A stretch of DNA of 32,000 bases from an archaeon (lineage in GTDB: Archaea > Asgardarchaeota > Thorarchaeia > Thorarchaeales > Thorarchaeaceae): assembly GCA_024275415.1 (NCBI GenBank), contig JAJRZD010000043.1, positions 1-32,000 of the forward strand, in the 5' to 3' direction. Of the stretch, positions 26,817 through 32,000 are shown in pieces (position 1 is the first letter of the stretch; each line of letters starts with the position of its first letter). The notes under the pieces were generated by a model. That model was given only the letters and a program-made list of their open reading frames with translations, was not told the origin of the DNA and ran no database searches. Both the position numbers and the translations under genes were made by a program.

Positions 26817-27281
26817 CGCTGTCAATCTCTGCAGGATGTTATCGTAATCCATGTAGGAGCGCAGCCCAGGGAGTTGACCTACAGGCTTCCCGTTCTTGAA
26901 GGCAATCACCATGGGAACTGACTGCACTCCGAACTGAGCAGTGGTTCGGGGATTGCGGTCGATGTCAATCTTTCCAAAAAATGCTTTCCCTCTGTAGTCT
27001 TGCGCCAACTCTGCGAAGATAGGAGCAAGCATCTTACAGGGGTTGCACCACTCGCCGTAGAAATCAACGAGCGCAGTCTTGGTTCTTTGGATAGTGTTCC
27101 AAAACGTATTATCAAACAATAGATTGACCTGCCCGTTTGCCATCGGCTCTGCTACTTGAGGTGTCTGAGGCGATCCCTGAGCCTGCTGCATGATCTGTTG
27201 CATCTTTCTCCGTCGTATTTCTGCTAGTTCATCATCCATTGTCACGGCACACTCCTTCGCTTGTGCAGTATTGCTACACAA
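26811..27281 (-). CDS. trxA: Thioredoxin with archaeal N-terminal helical extension (start probably ATG 27239)
   Basis: VDFYGEWCNPC, KIDID, FGVQSVP; N-terminal DDELAEIRRRKMQQ. Confidence 0.9.
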   Translation of the reverse strand: MCSNTAQAKECAVTMDDELAEIRRRKMQQIMQQAQGSPQTPQVAEPMANGQVNLLFDNTFWNTIQRTKTALVDFYGEWCNPCKMLAPIFAELAQDYRGKAFFGKIDIDRNPRTTAQFGVQSVPMVIAFKNGKPVGQLPGLRSYMDYDNILQRLTAS

Positions 27282-27374
27282 CCGTTTAAGAACCCTTCGT
27301 TTGTGTCAACTGATTGCGTTATAACTCGATTTAAAATGCAATACGATTCGGAGTGGGGTTGAGGAGTCCATTAA

Positions 27375-28277
27375 ATGCTCGATGGTGACTTCAGATATTA
27401 CGTCCTTCTAATCATCGCCACTTTCACATGGGGAGCATCATGGATTGCGGCAAAAATCTTGGTTGCTCTCGCTCCACCTTTCACAATCGGGTTCTTCCGG
27501 TTCATGGTCGCAAGCATCTTCTTCATCTCGTATCTGAAGTTGACTGGGGTTTCATTTCGAAGACTTGTGACTAGGGAACGATTGCGGTGGCTGGTCTTGC
27601 TAGGTCTAACAGGGATACTTGGATATGGTATCCTATTCTTGGTAGGAATGCAGTTCACTACGGCCGCCCAGGGGTCAATCATTGCCGGCTTCAACCCGAT
27701 CACTATCAGCATCTTTGCACATCTGATCCATCACGAGCGCTTAAAGAGGCGGTGGCAATATACAGGGTTTGCCACGGGATTCCTAGGAGTGGTCTTCGTC
27801 GTTGGGGTTCAGTCGTTACTTGATTTCAGGCTGGAATATCTGATTGGCAACCTGATCATTCTAGGGGCCATGTGTGTCTGGGGTCTTTACTCGTCAATCG
27901 CCAAGGAAGCAATGAAGACTATGACTCCTCTAGAAGCAAACACAGGAGCAGTGTTAGTGGGAATGTTGCTGTTTGGCATCGGAGCCATTGCAGAGCAACC
28001 ATGGATGTTTGTCACCTTCGATGACATCAACTTTTGGTGGAATATCTTCTTCCTCGGAGCTTTCACCACTTTCGTTGGCTTCTTCTTGTTCTTCGTAGGG
28101 ATTGAGAAGCTCGGGGCAACCAGGGCTGGGGGATTCATCAATTTCGTGCCAGTGTTCGGTACTGCGTTGTCAGTTATCATACTTGCAGAAACTATCTATT
28201 GGACGTTCATTGTCGGTCTTGTCCTTGTTATCTTGGGAGTGACAATTATTAATTATCCAATACAGCACAAAGAGTAA
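27375..28277 (+). CDS. EamA/DMT family transporter
   Basis: TWGASW, RFMVA, two ~5-TM repeats, LGATRAGGFINFVPVF. Confidence 0.92.
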   Translation: MLDGDFRYYVLLIIATFTWGASWIAAKILVALAPPFTIGFFRFMVASIFFISYLKLTGVSFRRLVTRERLRWLVLLGLTGILGYGILFLVGMQFTTAAQGSIIAGFNPITISIFAHLIHHERLKRRWQYTGFATGFLGVVFVVGVQSLLDFRLEYLIGNLIILGAMCVWGLYSSIAKEAMKTMTPLEANTGAVLVGMLLFGIGAIAEQPWMFVTFDDINFWWNIFFLGAFTTFVGFFLFFVGIEKLGATRAGGFINFVPVFGTALSVIILAETIYWTFIVGLVLVILGVTIINYPIQHKE

Positions 28278-28317
28278 AAGGCTTCCCGAGGTCAGTACGT
28301 ATCGTCAAAAATTCGCT

Positions 28318-29757
28318 TTGGTGAGAGAGTTGGAGCAAGAAAACCAATTGGATACAATATTCGATAGACCTAGGGCACTCCGATTCATCGGGCTTACGCA
28401 GATGCTATTTGGACTATTGGGACTAATCGCAGGGATTGGGCTTCTTCTCGCGATGGAAACTGGGGTCGCTGACCCTGATGCGACACCCCCATATGTTCTT
28501 CTCATATTCGTTGGTGTTGCGATACCCTGTCTTGTGATAGGCAATTATGTTGATGATTTACGAAGGCGAGCCGTCATCGCCCAAATACTATACAGCTTTA
28601 CGGCGGTCATCCTCACTGCGTTATTCCTAGGCGTGTACGGAATAGACTACCATTGGACATTCCCCTGGTATGAAACGACCTTTGACGTGTTCATCGGCAA
28701 CCTCGCTGCTGCCATCCTAGTCATCCAGTTGCTCTTTGGGCTCTACCTTATCGTCAAATGGAGCGATGTAGTTCCTCCACCAGGTGTGACAATAGAACGC
28801 GACAGAACACGAGCAAGGTTGATCGAAAGGGGAGAACTCCCAAGTCCACTCTCTACACACCTCCTCGCGGCGGACGGCAAAACAGAGCTACCACAAGAGG
28901 AAGGACAGAGGTTGCTCCAAGTCAGAAAGCTCGTCACCGAAGAAGGCATGGCAATCTTATGCTCCAACTGTGGTGGTGCAACGCCTCTGACAAAGGTTGA
29001 CGATGACAATACACTGAGATGCGATTATTGTGGAGTCCGACTCGCAGTATCAAGTGTCTTCGTTCCTTGCGAACACCATCCAGAGTATCTTGCTGCCACA
29101 AGCTGTGCGGTCTGTGGAGATCATTTCTGTAGGATGTGTCTTACAGCTCAAGAGCCTCCGGTGGATGAACGTTGGGAAGGATCCACTGTTTTCCTATGCC
29201 AAAAATGCTTTGAGGGACGTTTCAAACCGGCTGTGACTACCTCATCGCTGGTTCTTCCAATTGAAAATCTCTTTGGCGTTGCTGGGGGACGGTTCTCCAA
29301 GCTCGGTCAATTGTACGGAAAATTCCTGCGGGCCTACGGAGGAATCATGAAGCATGTGGTTCGATTCTCATTGCGGATGGCTAGCAGTATGGGTAGGTCA
29401 GGTCGAGGTGGTCGTGGAGGCGATAACGCTGCGTCGTTCTTCATCCTGATGATTATCATCATCATAGCGATACCTATCGCTGTTGGATTCATTCTTCTTG
29501 TTGCAGGTATTGTTATCATTCCTCTCTTGTTCTACGTTGGACTTGTTGGCGTGGCAATTGAAGCAGTGCGTATCATACGGAGGACTGATTTTATCTCACT
29601 TCAGGAGGCACGAGAGAAGGGCATCAAGCTTGCCAAGCCAGTTGAGAAGAAAGAATCAGTGCTTCGAGAAACAACTCGCTCATGGGAAGGGCCGAGTCTG
29701 GCAGGTGCTAGCAGAAAAAGCGCATTCGAATCGCGTAGAGATTACTTCGGGAGTTGA
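28318..29757 (+). CDS. Hypothetical membrane protein: ~4 TM, Zn ribbon, B-box-like Zn finger, RGG patch, TM
   Basis: CSNCGG...CDYCG; CEHHP-x6-CAVCGDHFCRMC...CQKC; MGRSGRGGRGG. Confidence 0.75.
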   Translation: MVRELEQENQLDTIFDRPRALRFIGLTQMLFGLLGLIAGIGLLLAMETGVADPDATPPYVLLIFVGVAIPCLVIGNYVDDLRRRAVIAQILYSFTAVILTALFLGVYGIDYHWTFPWYETTFDVFIGNLAAAILVIQLLFGLYLIVKWSDVVPPPGVTIERDRTRARLIERGELPSPLSTHLLAADGKTELPQEEGQRLLQVRKLVTEEGMAILCSNCGGATPLTKVDDDNTLRCDYCGVRLAVSSVFVPCEHHPEYLAATSCAVCGDHFCRMCLTAQEPPVDERWEGSTVFLCQKCFEGRFKPAVTTSSLVLPIENLFGVAGGRFSKLGQLYGKFLRAYGGIMKHVVRFSLRMASSMGRSGRGGRGGDNAASFFILMIIIIIAIPIAVGFILLVAGIVIIPLLFYVGLVGVAIEAVRIIRRTDFISLQEAREKGIKLAKPVEKKESVLRETTRSWEGPSLAGASRKSAFESRRDYFGS

Positions 29758-30578
29758 GAGAGATGACAAGCGAAGTCATATTATGTCCGGTGTGCGGTGG
29801 CAAGGTCATATTCCAAGCTGCTGACACCGTGTCTAGATGCTCATACTGTGGGAGCCCAGTCCTCGGAAAAAGTCAAGACCGTAATTGTGTTCATCATCCT
29901 GACACACTTGCCAAGGCTGTATGTAATATCTGTGGTGACTTGATCTGTGAGCTAGACATGCAAAAGAGGGTCGGCAACTACGGAGGGAAGCTCTTCACCG
30001 TGGTCAACTGCACGAAGAGGGAATGCGTGCGTGAGAGTGAGTGGGCACGTCCGGTGAATCCGGAGTACGAGCGACTGACGAACATGGATTGGGCAGACAA
30101 GATAGACAACAGCATTCTGAGGATCACAGGGATGGGAGCGCTCTTGATGGTCATCTTCGAGCTATTCTTCTTCCTTTCTATGCTTTATATCCAGTTCCTC
30201 ACACCTTGGGGACTTTCCGATAATATCCCATATTGGTTCATTCGAGGCGACCAAGTCATTGTCCTAAGCATAGTAGGTAATTTCATCTCAGCCATGTTGC
30301 TACAGACTGGGCTTCAAGTGTACATTCACGAACGGCAGCTAGGGGCTGGTCTCATGCTATTCGTAATACTGGTCATTGAGGTCGTCGTTCTCGTCTTCCG
30401 GGGTCTCCAGTTCAATCTGCTGAATTTCCCGAATGGCATGTACCTTCTGTTCCTGCTGGGAGCCTTCGTCTTTGCATCATTTCTGGTCTTTGTCGGAGCC
30501 CTTCTTGCAATCAGGATTGGCTGGAAGAAGCGGAAGCAACTTGAAAGAGCGATGGCTGAACTTGGACTGAGCAAATAA
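29754..30578 (+). CDS. Hypothetical membrane protein: Zn ribbon, B-box-like Zn finger, ~4 TM (start TTG 29754 or ATG 29763)
   Basis: CPVCGG...CSYCG; CVHHP-x6-CNICGDLIC...CTKREC; hydrophobic C-terminal half. Confidence 0.75.
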   Translation: MREMTSEVILCPVCGGKVIFQAADTVSRCSYCGSPVLGKSQDRNCVHHPDTLAKAVCNICGDLICELDMQKRVGNYGGKLFTVVNCTKRECVRESEWARPVNPEYERLTNMDWADKIDNSILRITGMGALLMVIFELFFFLSMLYIQFLTPWGLSDNIPYWFIRGDQVIVLSIVGNFISAMLLQTGLQVYIHERQLGAGLMLFVILVIEVVVLVFRGLQFNLLNFPNGMYLLFLLGAFVFASFLVFVGALLAIRIGWKKRKQLERAMAELGLSK

Positions 30579-30595
30579 AGGAGAAAGCCTCTCCC

Positions 30596-32000
30596 TTACT
30601 CGATGTCAAAGAGATCGATGAATCGAAAACGCTCGACATCGACGAGTCCTTTGTCTGTTATCTTCAGTTTAGGGATGACGGGAAGGGAGAGGAACGCCAT
30701 TGCCATGAAGGGCTCAGTAAGAGCAGTCCCAAGATCTTTTGCTGCCTCTTTCAGTTCAATAATCTTATCGCTCACCTCCTCCACAGACCTGTCGGACATC
30801 AATCCAGCAATAGGCAAAGGCAACGAGGAAAGAACCTTTCCGTCCTTGACAATCGCAATCCCTCCTTGCATCCGGACAATCTGGATGACCGCCTCGATAA
30901 TGTCCCTATCGTTCGTGCCTACGGCCACAATGTTATGGCTGTCATGAGCGATTGACGAAACCATAGCACCCTCCTTGATGCCCATGCCCTTCACAAAGCC
31001 AATCCCAGTGGGAGGTGTAGCATTGTGTCGCTCCACGATGACAATCTTGGATATGTCCCTGTCTATATCTGGCACGACGACACCATCATTCACCTTCACA
31101 TCCTCGATTAACCTCTCGGTAATCAACTGCTCGGGGACAACACCAATCACGTTCATTTGCTCGCCCTTTGGTTTGACCTTGAAATCGTCCAGTTCAAGCC
31201 AATGTATGTTCACCGAGCGGCGCAACCGAGGTTGCTCTTGCACTCCGAAATCAGTGACAAGCTTGCCATCCTTTGCTACAATGGTTCCCTGTTTGAAGAC
31301 AAGTTCGACATTGACTTTCTCCAGAGAATCCAGCACAACTAGGTCTGCATAGTACCCAGGCGCAACCGCACCAAGATACTGGATACCATAATGCCGTGCT
31401 GTAGAAAGAGAAGCCACCTTTATCGCAAGTACCGGATCCAGACCATAACCGATAGCCTCTCTGATGATACTATCCATATGTCCTTTCGTGATTAGGTCGA
31501 GTGTGTTCCGGTCATCCGTAACGAAACTACAGGAAAGGGCTGTGTCTGGAGTAATGAGTCCTACCAGATCCTTCAGGTTCTTGGCTGTGGATCCTTCACG
31601 GATATGGATGTGCATACCCACACCAAGCTTTTCCTTTGCTTCCTCAAGAGTGGTACACTCGTGCTCTGAGGTTATCCGTGCTGCTGCATAAGCGTTCAAC
31701 TCAGTGCTGGAGATATGAGGCGCGTGACCATCGACTCGTTTTCCCAACTTCAAAGAAACCTTGATCTTCTCAAGGATTTCGGGATCTTTGAAAATGACTC
31801 CCGGATAGTTCATCGCTTCTGCCAGTCCGAGAACATAGTGCTCGGTCATGAGAGGTTTGATGTCCAAGAAATCAAGAGTGACACCATTTGTTTCCATGTC
31901 AGTAGATGGAACACAAGATGGTAGCATGATATAGAATTCCAAAGGTCCCCCACGCATGCTCTTGCTCATGTACATGATGCCTTCCATACCCAGTACATTC
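30596..32000 (-). CDS. ade: Adenine deaminase (5' end beyond the window)
   Basis: LAEAMNYPGV, DGHAP, EHECTT, IREGS, FVTDD, HDSHN, LPLPIAGLMS, FLSLPVIPKLKITDKGL. Confidence 0.93.
   Translation of the reverse strand, partial: NVLGMEGIMYMSKSMRGGPLEFYIMLPSCVPSTDMETNGVTLDFLDIKPLMTEHYVLGLAEAMNYPGVIFKDPEILEKIKVSLKLGKRVDGHAPHISSTELNAYAAARITSEHECTTLEEAKEKLGVGMHIHIREGSTAKNLKDLVGLITPDTALSCSFVTDDRNTLDLITKGHMDSIIREAIGYGLDPVLAIKVASLSTARHYGIQYLGAVAPGYYADLVVLDSLEKVNVELVFKQGTIVAKDGKLVTDFGVQEQPRLRRSVNIHWLELDDFKVKPKGEQMNVIGVVPEQLITERLIEDVKVNDGVVVPDIDRDISKIVIVERHNATPPTGIGFVKGMGIKEGAMVSSIAHDSHNIVAVGTNDRDIIEAVIQIVRMQGGIAIVKDGKVLSSLPLPIAGLMSDRSVEEVSDKIIELKEAAKDLGTALTEPFMAMAFLSLPVIPKLKITDKGLVDVERFRFIDLFDIE

Noticed and set aside
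30580-30595. GGAGA-AAGCC-TCTCC hairpin between convergent genes
   Set aside because: Only 5 bp; too weak to call a terminator.
2217-31924. Numerous 60-235 aa ORFs antisense to or nested in the annotated genes (e.g. 19318-20025, 25516-26046, 13577-14065, 8118-8558)
   Set aside because: Shadow ORFs of real CDSs with no family motifs.
1-32000. CRISPR array, rRNA, tRNA, transposase
   Set aside because: No regularly spaced repeats, cloverleaf-forming T/D arms, rRNA-like tracts or transposase motifs were seen by eye.

Overview
Gene-dense archaeal window. The gene content (tungsten AOR, Mer-like F420 enzyme, SAMP/MoaD, archaeal APC permease, orphan Zn-finger membrane proteins) and TTTAA(G)-type TATA boxes suggest an anaerobic heterotroph, plausibly an Asgard/Thorarchaeia-like lineage; that assignment is inference, not verified. 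About 29 CDS, mostly catabolic: a ferredoxin-AOR-LLM-MFS operon; a divergent locus with a hydantoin-racemase-like gene, two DUF917 genes, a nucleotidyltransferase-fold gene and a metallophosphoesterase; an FAD/Fe-S dehydrogenase pair; URO-D-like and RraA-like genes; an aminotransferase; a glycyl radical enzyme (GRE) followed by kdgK and eda; thioredoxin; EamA; two Zn-ribbon/B-box membrane proteins; and a partial adenine deaminase. I saw no rRNA, tRNA, CRISPR array or transposase. Two observations stand out. (1) An unannotated ~190-nt intergenic element occurs twice (~442-637 and ~14897-15098). It has a TATA-like box, a conserved palindrome, co-varying stems and a loop-tail pseudoknot, so it is a candidate new structured ncRNA, and it also carries a 29-30 aa sORF. 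(2) A diol-dehydratase-type GRE lies directly upstream of KDG kinase and KDPG aldolase, suggesting a radical sugar-acid dehydratase feeding an Entner-Doudoroff-type route. All alignments and counts were done by eye; no database searches were run.
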